Positions 8,778 to 17,793 are shown, counted from the first letter of the stretch. The stretch: DNA of 40,379 nt from Armatimonadota bacterium (GCA_016198805.1 JACQHU010000045.1:1-40379), one strand, 5' to 3'. The notes: generated by a model not told the origin, from the letters alone. Program-made: numbers and translations.

Positions 8778-9577
8778 CTCCACAGGTAGTACCCAACCGG
8801 CACGCCGAACAGGACCGCGTCGAACCGGTCCAGCACGCCGCCGTGGCCGGGCAGGATCGCGCCCGCGTCTTTCATGCCGGCGGCGCGCTTCATGGTCGAT
8901 TTCGACAGGTCGCCGATCACTCCCGCCGCAGCCACGCAGACGCCGATCACGCCGAAGGAGACCGCGGGCCACCCCAGGCGCGTGGCGATCACCACGGCCA
9001 CGACGACCGCCGCGGCGAGACCGCCGATGCACCCCTCCACGCTCTTGCCGGGACTGATCGCCGGCGCGAGTTTCTGACGTCCCCAGCGGGACCCGACGAA
9101 ATAGGCGGCGATGTCGTTGGCCCAGATGAGGCCCAGGACCGCCAGCGTCACGGCATACCCCGCATCCTCCCGGAGCAGCAGCAGGTGCGCGAACAGCGCG
9201 CCCACATAGAGCGCGCCCAGCGTATCCACCGCGGCACTGGCCGGCGCGCCCCCACGCCTGGACGAGGTCAGCGCGGCGCCGGCCGCTGCAATCACCAGGA
9301 CCGACGTCGCCACCCCGGCGTGCTCCCACCGGCCGGCATACGCCAGTAGCGGAAAGAGCAACGCACCTGCCGGCAGCAGCAGGGACGCCTGATAGCCCAC
9401 GGCCAGCGCGAGCCGCCGGAACTCCATGGCCCCGACGGCCGTGAGCAGGAGCACCACGGCGAGCAGTGCCGGGCCGCCGCGCACGACCGCAGCGATCAAC
9501 ACCGGCGCGCCGATGACAATGGTTGCGATCCGTGGCAGGAGCGACCGATCGCCCCACCGGCGGGGCCGGTCAACCAT
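8765..9577 (-). CDS. cdsA: Phosphatidate cytidylyltransferase (CDP-diglyceride synthase)
   Basis: The C-terminal signature is SKSTMKRAAGMKDAGAILPGHGGVLDRFD. The start is chosen at ATG 9577 (MVDRPRRW...), 5 nt after the uppS stop. The ORF-track start at 9673 would overlap uppS. Confidence 0.85.
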   Translation of the reverse strand: MVDRPRRWGDRSLLPRIATIVIGAPVLIAAVVRGGPALLAVVLLLTAVGAMEFRRLALAVGYQASLLLPAGALLFPLLAYAGRWEHAGVATSVLVIAAAGAALTSSRRGGAPASAAVDTLGALYVGALFAHLLLLREDAGYAVTLAVLGLIWANDIAAYFVGSRWGRQKLAPAISPGKSVEGCIGGLAAAVVVAVVIATRLGWPAVSFGVIGVCVAAAGVIGDLSKSTMKRAAGMKDAGAILPGHGGVLDRFDAVLFGVPVGYYLWRWLP

Positions 9578-10322
9578 CCGGCGTCCCGCCGAATCGCCGC
9601 TGGCGCCGCTGGTACTCGGCGACGGCTGTAAACAGGTGTTCCTGCTCGAAGTCGGGCCAGAAGACATCGGCAAAGTAGAGTTCGGCGTAGGCCGCCTGCC
9701 AGAGGAGGAAGTTGGAGAGACGCTGCTCGCGGCCCGTGCGGATCACCAGGTCAGGGTCAGGAAGATCGGCCGTGTAGAGCCCGGCCGCCACCGCTGCCTC
9801 GTCGATGGCCTCCAGCGAGCGCCGGCCCGCTGCGACCTCGGCGGCGATGCGGCGCGCGGCGCGCACGATCTCCGCCCGGCCGCCGTAGTTCAGCGCGATG
9901 TTGAGCACCATCGCCTGATTCTCACGTGTCAGCGTCTCCACCTGGGCAATCAGGCCGCGGATCTCGGGCGGCATGGCCTCGACATCACCGCAGACCCGCA
10001 GCCGGATCCCGGACCGGTGCAGTTCTTCGGCTTCCTGAATCAGCGACTCGTGGAGCAGGGCCATGAGGGCGTCGACCTCATCGGCCGGCCGACGCCAGTT
10101 CTCGGTGGAGAAGAGATAAAGCGTCAGGACCCGGATCCCCAGGCGCCGGCACCCCTCGATGGTCCGGCGGATGGCCTCGCGCCCCGCCCGATGCCCGGCC
10201 GACCGCGGCAGGCTGCGGGAAGCGGCCCACCGGCCGTTCCCATCCATAATAATGGCGACGTGCGCCGGCACACGGAGGCGGTCGATCGTCTCCAGGGTCG
10301 AGGCGCCCTGCGACTTAGCCAC
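9570..10322 (-). CDS. uppS: Undecaprenyl-diphosphate synthase (cis-prenyltransferase)
   Basis: The motifs HVAIIMDGNGRWA...RSAGHRAG and LLWQAAYAELYF identify it. The start is uncertain: GTG 10322 overlaps the upstream stop by 8 nt, and the ORF-track start is at 10382. Confidence 0.9.
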   Translation of the reverse strand: MAKSQGASTLETIDRLRVPAHVAIIMDGNGRWAASRSLPRSAGHRAGREAIRRTIEGCRRLGIRVLTLYLFSTENWRRPADEVDALMALLHESLIQEAEELHRSGIRLRVCGDVEAMPPEIRGLIAQVETLTRENQAMVLNIALNYGGRAEIVRAARRIAAEVAAGRRSLEAIDEAAVAAGLYTADLPDPDLVIRTGREQRLSNFLLWQAAYAELYFADVFWPDFEQEHLFTAVAEYQRRQRRFGGTPDG

Positions 10323-10533
10323 CCGGGGGCCTTGAGGCGGGGAGGTAGCGTTCGCGTGTGACCGCCAGGCGCACCAGACCATCGCTGGCGGCCCGCTGGC
10401 GCACGACCCGCAGCGGCCCGGCCAGGGTCACCGCGCGCGGGCTACGCGTCTCGGTCACCTCGATCTGATAGCCGGCCGCTTCCAGGGCCGCGCGGGCCTG
10501 CTCCAGGTCGCGTCCCAGGACGTCGGGGATCAC
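10315..10533 (-). CDS. Small (72 aa) stand-alone PASTA-like domain protein
   Basis: IPDVLGRDLEQARAALEAAGYQIEVTE...GPLRVVRQRAASDGLVRLAVT matches the PASTA pattern (vPdvvG-s-eeA---LeeaGl-v-v ... G-V--q-P--G--v----V-L-v). There is no signal peptide or TM segment. The frame is GC3-rich. The GTG start lies 2 nt after the frr stop, with a GGAGG 9 nt upstream. Confidence 0.5.
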   Translation of the reverse strand: MIPDVLGRDLEQARAALEAAGYQIEVTETRSPRAVTLAGPLRVVRQRAASDGLVRLAVTRERYLPASRPPGG

Positions 10534-10535
10534 GC

Positions 10536-11093
10536 CTAGACCTCCAGGATCTCCTGCTCTTTGGCGTGGAGCAAACGGTCGAGGTGCGCGATCATCTCGT
10601 CGGTCAGGTGCTGCAGGCGCTCCTGGGCTCGCCGGGACTCGTCCTCGGAGATCTCCCCCGCCTCCTCCAGTTCCTCGAGCATCTCCTTGGCTTCCCGCCG
10701 GATGTTGCGGATCGCCACGCGGCCTTCCTCGGCGTGCCGGCGGGCGATCTTGACCAGGTCACGACGCCGCTCCTCGGTCAGCGGCGGGATCGGCAGGCGA
10801 ATCACGACGCCGTCGCTACTGGGCACGAGCCCCAGGTCGCTCTTCAGAAGGGCCCGCTCGATGTCCTTCGCCATGCTCTTGTCCCACGGCTGGACCACCA
10901 GCAGCCGGGGCTCAGGCACGGTGATCGTCGCCAGCTGGTTGATGGGCGTCGGCGTATCGTAGTAGTCGACCCGGACGTGGTCCAGCAGCGCCGGACTCGC
11001 CCGTCCGGTGCGCAGGCTGGCAAACTCGCGCCGCGTGGCCTCGATGGCCTTCTGCATGCGCGTCTTGGCATCGGCCAGGACCTCGTCGGTCAC
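10536..11093 (-). CDS. frr: Ribosome recycling factor
   Basis: The sequence VTDEVLADAKTRMQKAIEATRREFASLRTGRASPALLD... is Frr-like over its full length. The GTG 11093 start forms a GTGA overlap with the pyrH stop. The upstream part of the ORF-track ORF is out of context. Confidence 0.95.
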   Translation of the reverse strand: MTDEVLADAKTRMQKAIEATRREFASLRTGRASPALLDHVRVDYYDTPTPINQLATITVPEPRLLVVQPWDKSMAKDIERALLKSDLGLVPSSDGVVIRLPIPPLTEERRRDLVKIARRHAEEGRVAIRNIRREAKEMLEELEEAGEISEDESRRAQERLQHLTDEMIAHLDRLLHAKEQEILEV

Positions 11094-11842
11094 CGGCGTC
11101 CACTCCCTACCAGGGTCCCGATGGCCTCGCCGAGCACGGCGCGGGTGATATTGCCCGGCCGCGTCACATCGAATACGACGATGTCCATGTTGTTGTCCTT
11201 GCACAGGGCCGCCGCCGTAGTATCCATCACCCGCAGGTCTCGGTTGAGGATGTCCATGTAGTCCAGGTGGGTGAACATCACGGCGTCGGGGTGCTGGCGG
11301 GGATCCTTGTCGTACACCCCGTCCACCCCTTTCTTCGCCATCAGCAGGGCGTTGGCGCCGATCTCGATGGCCCGCAGCGCGGCCGCGGTGTCGGTGGTAA
11401 AGTACGGGCTGCCGGTTCCCCCCACGAAGATAGCCACCCGGCCCTTCTCCAGATGGCGGATCGCGCGCCGGCGGATGTACGGTTCCGCCACCTGATGCAT
11501 CTCGACGGCCGACATGACCCGCACGACCAGGCCGATGCGCTCCATGGCATCCATGAGCGCCAGGCCGTTGATGACGGTGGCCAGCATGCCCATGGTATGG
11601 CCGGTCACCTCATCGATGCCCAGGCGCCTGCTCAGATCCGAGCCGCGGACGATGTTGCCCCCGCCGACGACGATCGCCACCTGCACGCCCCGCGCGGTCA
11701 CGTCGCGGACCTCGGTGGCCACCAGCTGGAGCACGGCGGGATCGAGCCAGACGCCTCCGTGACCGGCAAGGGCTTCACCGCTGAGTTTGAGCAGGATGCG
11801 CTGATAGACCGGCGGCTGGCCGGATGCTGACGCGGCGTCCAT
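11090..11842 (-). CDS. pyrH: UMP kinase
   Basis: The sequence YQRILLKLSGEAL...VAIVVGGGNIVRG...TGHTMGMLATVINGLAL is typical of PyrH. Confidence 0.95.
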   Translation of the reverse strand: MDAASASGQPPVYQRILLKLSGEALAGHGGVWLDPAVLQLVATEVRDVTARGVQVAIVVGGGNIVRGSDLSRRLGIDEVTGHTMGMLATVINGLALMDAMERIGLVVRVMSAVEMHQVAEPYIRRRAIRHLEKGRVAIFVGGTGSPYFTTDTAAALRAIEIGANALLMAKKGVDGVYDKDPRQHPDAVMFTHLDYMDILNRDLRVMDTTAAALCKDNNMDIVVFDVTRPGNITRAVLGEAIGTLVGSGRR

Positions 11843-11857
11843 GGGACCTCCTCGCCG

Positions 11858-12433
11858 CTATTCGCCGAGTTTGAACCGCGTGAACCGTCTGACCTTGATG
11901 TGCTCCCCCGTCCGCGCTGCGGCGTCGGCGATCAGGTCGCCGACCCGCCGTCCCGCGTCGCGGATGTAGGGCTGGTCGAGCAACGTGACCTCCGCCAGCC
12001 ACTGCGCCAGCCGGGCATCGATCTCCTGCTCAGAGGCTCCGTCGGCCTCCCGCGCAATGGCGGCCCGCCGTTCGGTCATGACCTCGGCGGGGACGTCGTC
12101 CCGGGAGACAAACCGCGGCGCCGTGGCCGCGACCTGCATCGCCAGTTCCCGGGCCAGGATCTTGAACTCCTCGGTCCGCGCCACGAAGTCGGTCTCGCAG
12201 TTGAGTTCCACCAGCGCGCCGAGCCGGCCGCCCATATGGACATACGCCTCCACCGCGCCCTCGGACGCGGCGCGGTCGGCCCGCCTGGCGGCGGCGGCCA
12301 GCCCTTTGGCGCGGATAATGTCGGCCGCGCGCTCCAGGTTGCCGTCGGCTTCCTCCAGCGCCCGCCGGCAGTCCATTACCCCGGCGCCTGTGCGGGCGCG
12401 CAGCTCCTTGATCAGTTCTGTCGTGACAGCCAT
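11858..12433 (-). CDS. tsf: Elongation factor Ts (short form, 191 aa)
   Basis: The sequence ELIKELRARTGAGVMDCRRALEEADGNLERAADIIRAKG...ELNCETDFVART identifies EF-Ts. Confidence 0.9.
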   Translation of the reverse strand: MAVTTELIKELRARTGAGVMDCRRALEEADGNLERAADIIRAKGLAAAARRADRAASEGAVEAYVHMGGRLGALVELNCETDFVARTEEFKILARELAMQVAATAPRFVSRDDVPAEVMTERRAAIAREADGASEQEIDARLAQWLAEVTLLDQPYIRDAGRRVGDLIADAAARTGEHIKVRRFTRFKLGE

Positions 12434-12436
12434 GCG

Positions 12437-13258
12437 TTACCCCAGTGCCTCCTCGGTCTCCATGCTGGCGCGCTCGAACTCGTGCTCGGCCACCGCGGGC
12501 GTGACCTCCGGCTCTTCCTCGCCTGCGGCCATCGCTGGGCGCGCGGCCTCCTCTTCCTGGACCTCGCGCTTCCGCCGCTCCTCCAGCCCTTCCAGGCAGG
12601 CGTTGGCCACCCGGTTGGTGATCAGGCGCACGGCGCGGATCGCGTCGTCGTTGCCCGGGATCGCATAGTCGACCTCGTCGGGGTCGCAGTTGGTGTCGAG
12701 AATGGCGATCACCGGGATCCCGAGCTTGCGCGCCTCGGCGACGGCGATGTGCTCTTTGCGCGTATCGACGACGTACACGCCGGCCGGGAGTCTGGTCATG
12801 CTCTTGATGCCGCCCAGGAACTTCTCCAGCCGGGCCGCCTCTTCGATCAGGCGGGCCTGCTCGCGCTTGGGCAGGACGTCCATCACCCCGCGGTGCTTCA
12901 TGTCCTCGATCTCGCGCAGCCGCTCCACGCGCCGGCGGATCGTCTGGAAGTTGGTCAGCATGCCGCCCAGCCACCGCTGGTTGACATAGGGCTGGCCGGC
13001 CCGCGTGGCCTCTTCCTGAATCGCGTCCTGAGCCTGCTTCTTGGTGCCGACAAACAGGATGTCACCGCTTGATGCCACCGCGTCCCGCACGAACCGGTAG
13101 GCTTCCTCGATCAACGGGACGCTTTTCTGCAGGTCGATGATGTGGATGCCGTTGCGTTCGGTGAAGATGAAGCGGGCCATCTTGGGGTTCCAGCGACGGG
13201 TCTGATGCCCGAAGTGGACCCCCGCCTCCAACAACTGCTTCATGGTCACGACTGGCAA
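12437..13258 (-). CDS. rpsB: 30S ribosomal protein S2
   Basis: [27 protein letters not shown] matches the B. subtilis-type S2 N-terminus. The start is TTG at 13258, with GGAGG 7 nt upstream. Confidence 0.95.
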   Translation of the reverse strand: MPVVTMKQLLEAGVHFGHQTRRWNPKMARFIFTERNGIHIIDLQKSVPLIEEAYRFVRDAVASSGDILFVGTKKQAQDAIQEEATRAGQPYVNQRWLGGMLTNFQTIRRRVERLREIEDMKHRGVMDVLPKREQARLIEEAARLEKFLGGIKSMTRLPAGVYVVDTRKEHIAVAEARKLGIPVIAILDTNCDPDEVDYAIPGNDDAIRAVRLITNRVANACLEGLEERRKREVQEEEAARPAMAAGEEEPEVTPAVAEHEFERASMETEEALG

Positions 13259-13493
13259 CCGACTGCCTCCTCTGACATCCGGCGCCCACCGGATGCCTTA
13301 TGGTTTTCTGCCTCCGCTCCCCTCATTCCCGCGGGCCGGGCCGAGGCCTGCAGCAGGCACCCTCGGCGGGTCGGAGAGCGTGCGTGATAGGATCCGCGCG
13401 GTCCCGGGGCCCTCCGCACAGAAATCCCGCAAAATCGCGGAGGACTTTGCGGGCATCCTGCGTCCGGACGGCGCCGCACGCCGCGGCAAATCC
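13259..13493 (-). promoter_or_regulatory. Long (about 235 nt) structured 5' leader of rpsB, if the promoter call below is correct
   Basis: The region is non-coding. It contains three clear hairpins in plus coordinates: 13426..13453 (8-bp stem CCCGCAAA/TTTGCGGG), 13341..13366 (bulged stem) and 13276..13295 (7-bp stem CATCCGG/CCGGATG, just 5' of the SD). The SD-containing 8-mer GGAGGCAG occurs twice (13263..13270 and 13308..13315). Confidence 0.35.
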
Positions 13494-13499
13494 TGCGGT

Positions 13500-13528
13500 A
13501 GTATAGCACCCCGACGACGAAAGGGAAA
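13500..13528 (-). promoter_or_regulatory. Candidate promoter for the rpsB-tsf-... operon
   Basis: The minus strand reads TTTCCC (13528..13523), a 17-nt spacer, then TGcTATACT (13508..13500). This is an extended -10 with a weak -35. Confidence 0.4.
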
Positions 13529-13554
13529 CCCTGCGACGCCTGCGCCGCCTGCGG

Positions 13555-14565
13555 CTACGCCCGAGGGTGGGCCTGCGCGTAGATCCGCTTCAGGTGCTCG
13601 CGCGACACGTGCGTATAGATCTGCGTGGTCTGAAGGCTGGCGTGCCCCAGCAGTTCCTGCACCACGCGCAGGTCGGCCCCGCCGTCGAGCAGGTGCGTGG
13701 CGAAGGTGTGGCGCAAGACGTGCGGGCTCGTGCGCTGCTGGACCGCGGCCGCGCGCACCCAGCGATCGACGATGAGCTGCACCGCCCGCGTCGAGAGCGG
13801 CCCGCCCCGGGCATTCAGGAACAGGGCGTCGGATCCCCGTCCGGTGGACCCGCGTGCCAGGCGCGGCCGCGCCTCGGCAAGATATCGGCGCAGGGCCCCC
13901 GACGCCTGGCTGCCGATCACGACCAGCCGGTCGCGCCCGCCCTTGCCGCGGACGTGGAGTTCGTCGCCGCGGACATCCGCAGCCGTCAGCCCGACCAGTT
14001 CGCCCACCCGCAGGCCCCCGGCGTAGAGGATTTCCAGGATGGCGCCATCGCGCAGGCCGGTCGGCTGGTCGACCGGCGGCGCCGCCAGCAGCGCCGCCAT
14101 GTCGTCGTGGGTCAGGGCCTGCGGCAGGCGTCGGCCGCGGCGGGGCGCGGAGACCAGGCGCAGCGGGCTGCCTTCCACGCGGCCCTCACGGCGCAGGAAC
14201 CGGTAGAAGGAGCGCAGGGCCGACAGCCGCCGCGCCATCGAGGTGCGCGCGTACCGGCGGTGCATCGCCGCCAGGTAGCGCCGGGCGACGGCCGGGGTGA
14301 CGCGGTCCCAGCCCCGAATGCCCTCGGACCGCAGAAACGCGTGGAACGCTTCGATATCGCGCCGGTACGCGGCGCGCGTGTGCGGCGAGGCTCCCTGCTC
14401 GGCCTCGAGGACGCGGAGGAAGGCGGCGAGGTCGGGGTCGGGCGCCTTCGCGACCGGCTGGCCGGCCGCGGGGCGCCGGCGTTGCGACCGGGTCAGCGCG
14501 CCGGCGCGGCCGCTGCCGCCGGTTCGGCCACCGGGAGCCGGTGGCCGCAGGCGTCGTTGGTGCAT
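13555..14565 (-). CDS. xerC: Tyrosine recombinase XerC/XerD family (CodV position)
   Basis: It has the C-terminal catalytic region LRHTFATHLLDGGADLRVVQELLGHASLQTTQIYTHV and an N-terminal SAM-like domain (FLRVLEAEQGASPHTRAAYRRDIEAF). ATG 14565 is the first plausible start. The remainder of the 431-aa ORF lies in an alternate frame of topA. Confidence 0.85.
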   Translation of the reverse strand: MHQRRLRPPAPGGRTGGSGRAGALTRSQRRRPAAGQPVAKAPDPDLAAFLRVLEAEQGASPHTRAAYRRDIEAFHAFLRSEGIRGWDRVTPAVARRYLAAMHRRYARTSMARRLSALRSFYRFLRREGRVEGSPLRLVSAPRRGRRLPQALTHDDMAALLAAPPVDQPTGLRDGAILEILYAGGLRVGELVGLTAADVRGDELHVRGKGGRDRLVVIGSQASGALRRYLAEARPRLARGSTGRGSDALFLNARGGPLSTRAVQLIVDRWVRAAAVQQRTSPHVLRHTFATHLLDGGADLRVVQELLGHASLQTTQIYTHVSREHLKRIYAQAHPRA

Positions 14566-16625
14566 CGCAGTTCCTCCCCGCGGCGCGTGCGTTTGTGCAC
14601 CATCAGGCTGTGGCACCTGGGGCAGGGGCGGTCGCTGGGTCGATCCCACGAGGTGAAGGTGCAGGTGGGATACGCGCTGCAGCCGTAGAACGTGCGCCCC
14701 CGCTTGGTGCGGCGAGCAACGACCTCGGCCCCGCACCGCGGGCACGTGACCCCGATGCCCACCGGCCGGGTATACCGGCACGCCGGGAACCCCGAGCACG
14801 CAATGAACACGCCGAACCGGCCGTGCTTGCGAACCAGCGGCTGCCCGCACTGCGGGCAGGGCTCGCCGATTTCTACCTCGGGAAACTCCACGACGGGAAT
14901 CTTGGCCTCGGCGCGCTGCAGGGTCTGCTCGAACGGTCCGTAGAACTCGCGGAGGATCTGCTGCCAGTCGGCGTTGCCTTCCTCGATGCGGTCCAGGTTG
15001 TCCTCCATCCCCGCGGTGAAGTCGACGTCCACGATCTCGGGGAAGTGCTCCACCAGCAGATCGGTGACCATCCGGCCGACCTCGGTCGGAGCCAGGCGCC
15101 GGTCGCGCGAGGTGACATAGCCGCGTTTCTTGATGGTCTCGATGGTCGGCGCGTAGGTGCTGGGCCGGCCGATCCCCTTTTCTTCCAGCGCGCGCACCAG
15201 CGTCGCTTCCGTGTACCGCGGTGGCGGCTGCGTGAAGTGCTGCTCGGGCGTCACCCGGTCCAGCCCCAGGGGATCGCCGGGGGCCAGGGGCGGCAGCCAG
15301 CCTTCGCGGTCGTTGTCACCGTTGTCGCTGCTCTCCCGGTAGAGAATCAAAAAGCCCGGGAACTTGATGCGGCTGCCCGTGGCGCGGAACAGGTAGCCTC
15401 CGCCGGTGATATCCACCGAGAGCGTGTCCAGCACCGCGGCCGCCATCTGGCTGGCCAGGAACCGTTCCCAGATCAACCGGTACAGCCGGTACTGGTCCGA
15501 CCGCAAATAGGGTTTGACGCGTTCCGGCGTGCGCGTCACGCCGGTCGGTCGAATCGCCTCGTGGGCCTCCTGCGCGTCGCGGCGCGAGCGGTACCGGCGC
15601 GGCCGCTCGGGCAGGTAGGCGTCGCCGAACGAGCGCGCGATGAACTCCCGCGCCTCGTGCTGGGCCGAGGCCGCCACGCGGACCGAGTCGGTGCGCATAT
15701 ACGTGATCAGGCCTACGGTGCCCTCGCCCACGTCGAGGCCCTCGTAGAGCTGCTGGGCCACGGCCATCGTCCGTGAGGCCGAGAAGCCGAGCTTCCGGTT
15801 CGCCTCCTGCTGCAGCGAACTGGTGGTAAACGGCGGCGCCGGGTTGCGCGCCTGGTCCCTCCGGCGCACTTCCCCGACACCGTACGTGAGCGTCCGCAGG
15901 TCCTCCACGATCGTGTGGGCCTGCGCCTCATCGGGGATGACCAGGGCCCCTTCGTCGCCCGGCGAGCCCACCCGCACGCCGTCGCGCGCAAACAGCCGCG
16001 CCTCAAACGCCTCTCCGGCCGCGGTGCGGAAGGCCGCGGCGATAGACCAGTATTCCTGCGGGATGAACGCCTCGATCTCGCGCTCGCGGTCCACGATCAG
16101 GCGGACGGCGACGGACTGTACGCGGCCTGCCGACAGTCCGCCGTGCAGCTTCCGCCAGAGCAGCGGGCTCAACTTGTAGCCCACGAGCCGGTCGAGGATG
16201 CGACGCGCCTGTTGCGCGTTGACCAGGTTCAGGTCGATCTCGCGCGGACGCCGCAGGGCCCGCTGCACGCCCTCCTTGGTGATCTCGTGCAGATCCACCC
16301 GGCGGATCGAGGGGTTGACCGTGCTCAGGACCTCCGACAGGTGCCAGGAGATGGCCTCGCCCTCCCGGTCGGGGTCCGTGGCCATGTAAATCGTCGACGC
16401 CTTCTTCGCGGCCTCTCTGAGGTCTTTGAGAATCGGCCCCTTGCCCTTGATCACGATGTAGGTCGGCGCAAAGTTATCGTCGATGTTCACGCCGAGCTTG
16501 CTTTTGGGCAAATCTTTCACGTGCCCCATCGAGGCCTTCACCTCGTAGGGCCGCTTGAGCAGTTTGCTGAGGGTGCGCGCCTTCGTCGGCGATTCCACGA
16601 CGACGAGGGCGTTCGTTGGTGTCAC
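14493..16625 (-). CDS. topA: DNA topoisomerase I with C-terminal zinc-ribbon repeats
   Basis: The N-terminus LVVVESPTKARTLSKLL is a Toprim domain. The active-site region ITYMRTDS is present, and there are three C-terminal Cys4 ribbons. Confidence 0.95.
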   Translation of the reverse strand: MTPTNALVVVESPTKARTLSKLLKRPYEVKASMGHVKDLPKSKLGVNIDDNFAPTYIVIKGKGPILKDLREAAKKASTIYMATDPDREGEAISWHLSEVLSTVNPSIRRVDLHEITKEGVQRALRRPREIDLNLVNAQQARRILDRLVGYKLSPLLWRKLHGGLSAGRVQSVAVRLIVDREREIEAFIPQEYWSIAAAFRTAAGEAFEARLFARDGVRVGSPGDEGALVIPDEAQAHTIVEDLRTLTYGVGEVRRRDQARNPAPPFTTSSLQQEANRKLGFSASRTMAVAQQLYEGLDVGEGTVGLITYMRTDSVRVAASAQHEAREFIARSFGDAYLPERPRRYRSRRDAQEAHEAIRPTGVTRTPERVKPYLRSDQYRLYRLIWERFLASQMAAAVLDTLSVDITGGGYLFRATGSRIKFPGFLILYRESSDNGDNDREGWLPPLAPGDPLGLDRVTPEQHFTQPPPRYTEATLVRALEEKGIGRPSTYAPTIETIKKRGYVTSRDRRLAPTEVGRMVTDLLVEHFPEIVDVDFTAGMEDNLDRIEEGNADWQQILREFYGPFEQTLQRAEAKIPVVEFPEVEIGEPCPQCGQPLVRKHGRFGVFIACSGFPACRYTRPVGIGVTCPRCGAEVVARRTKRGRTFYGCSAYPTCTFTSWDRPSDRPCPRCHSLMVHKRTRRGEELRCTNDACGHRLPVAEPAAAAAPAR

Positions 16626-16638
16626 CAGATCCTCCGTT

Positions 16639-17793
16639 TCACCTGCGGGCCGGGGGCGCGCCAGGCGTCCGCATCACCATCTGCCCTGGCAACGTCGCGA
16701 CCAGACCACGAATTTCCAACAGCGAGATGGCCGCCGCCACCTCAGCGGCGGGCAGTCCGGTGGTCTCCACCAGATCGTCGAGCGAACGCGGTCCCGCGGC
16801 CAGAGCGTCGAACACGCGCTGCTGCCCGCTGGCCTCTCCGCTCGCCCCTGGCGCCGCATCCTGGGCGGCATCCTGGTCAGGACCCACCGTCCCTGGAGAC
16901 GACAGATTCAGTTCCTCCAGAATGTCTTCCGCGCGCTCCACCACGCGCGCGCCCTGTCGCAACAACCCGTGCGGCGCGCGGCTCCCCTCGCTGAAGATGC
17001 TGCCGGGGACCGCGAAGACCTCGCGCCCCTGATCCAGCGCGTACTCCACCGTGATCAGTGCGCCGCTGTCTTCGGCCCCTTCGACGACCACGACGCCCAG
17101 GCTCAGACCGCTGATCAGCCGGTTGCGCCGCGGGAAGTGTCCCGGCCGCGGCGGGGTACCCGGCGAAAACTCTGTGACCAGCGCCCCCCGCTCGATGATC
17201 GCCTCGACCAGCGCGGCATGCTCAGGCGGATAGACCACGTCGGCCCCATTCCCCAACACGGCGACGGTCCGTCCTCCACCATCCAGCGCTGCCCGATGAG
17301 CCGCCGCATCGATGCCGCGCGCCAGGCCACTGACGACCGTGACTCCCGCCAGCGCCAGATCGAATGCCAGACGCGCGGCGGCGGCCCGCCCATACGGTGT
17401 GGCGCGGCGCGATCCCACCACGGCCACCGACGGGGCCTTGCCCAGACGTCCCCGGACATAGAGCACCGGCGGCGGATCTGGCAGCAGCCGCAGCAGCGCG
17501 GGAAACGCGGCATCGCCGGGGACGAGCACCGCCATCCCCTGCGCACGCGCGGTTTCCACCACCGCAGCGGGATTCAAGGATCGCCAGGAGGTCAACACCT
17601 CCTCTCGATCTGCCACCGGCTCGGCGAACGCAGGCAGGTGACGCCAGACGGCGGACGCCGAGCCGGCCCGCTCCACCCATCGTCTGATCGTGCGAGGACC
17701 CACGCCCGGCAGAAGGCTCAGCCCCACGTACGCCGCGATCTCCGCCTCGGAAGGCGGCGTCGCGCGAGGAGACTGTGGGGTCCCGAAGTTCAT
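16639..17793 (-). CDS. dprA: DNA-processing protein DprA (Smf)
   Basis: It has a Rossmann-like core (VAVVGSRRATPYG...VVSGLARGIDAAAHRAAL...FPRRNRLISGLS) and a C-terminal winged helix. Confidence 0.9.
   Translation of the reverse strand: MNFGTPQSPRATPPSEAEIAAYVGLSLLPGVGPRTIRRWVERAGSASAVWRHLPAFAEPVADREEVLTSWRSLNPAAVVETARAQGMAVLVPGDAAFPALLRLLPDPPPVLYVRGRLGKAPSVAVVGSRRATPYGRAAAARLAFDLALAGVTVVSGLARGIDAAAHRAALDGGGRTVAVLGNGADVVYPPEHAALVEAIIERGALVTEFSPGTPPRPGHFPRRNRLISGLSLGVVVVEGAEDSGALITVEYALDQGREVFAVPGSIFSEGSRAPHGLLRQGARVVERAEDILEELNLSSPGTVGPDQDAAQDAAPGASGEASGQQRVFDALAAGPRSLDDLVETTGLPAAEVAAAISLLEIRGLVATLPGQMVMRTPGAPPARR

Noticed and set aside
8778-9557. N-terminal 260-aa extension of the dxr ORF (645 aa in the track).
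   Set aside because: The extension runs through cdsA in another frame and has Arg/Gly-rich composition. Dxr homology begins exactly at ATG 8777 (MAALRRLVVLGSTGSIG).
13555-14565. A tyrosine recombinase, considered as a marker of an integrated mobile element or genomic island.
   Set aside because: It occupies the conserved CodV/XerC slot after topA. I saw no flanking direct repeats, att-like sites, tRNA or phage/plasmid genes, and composition is uniform with the surroundings.
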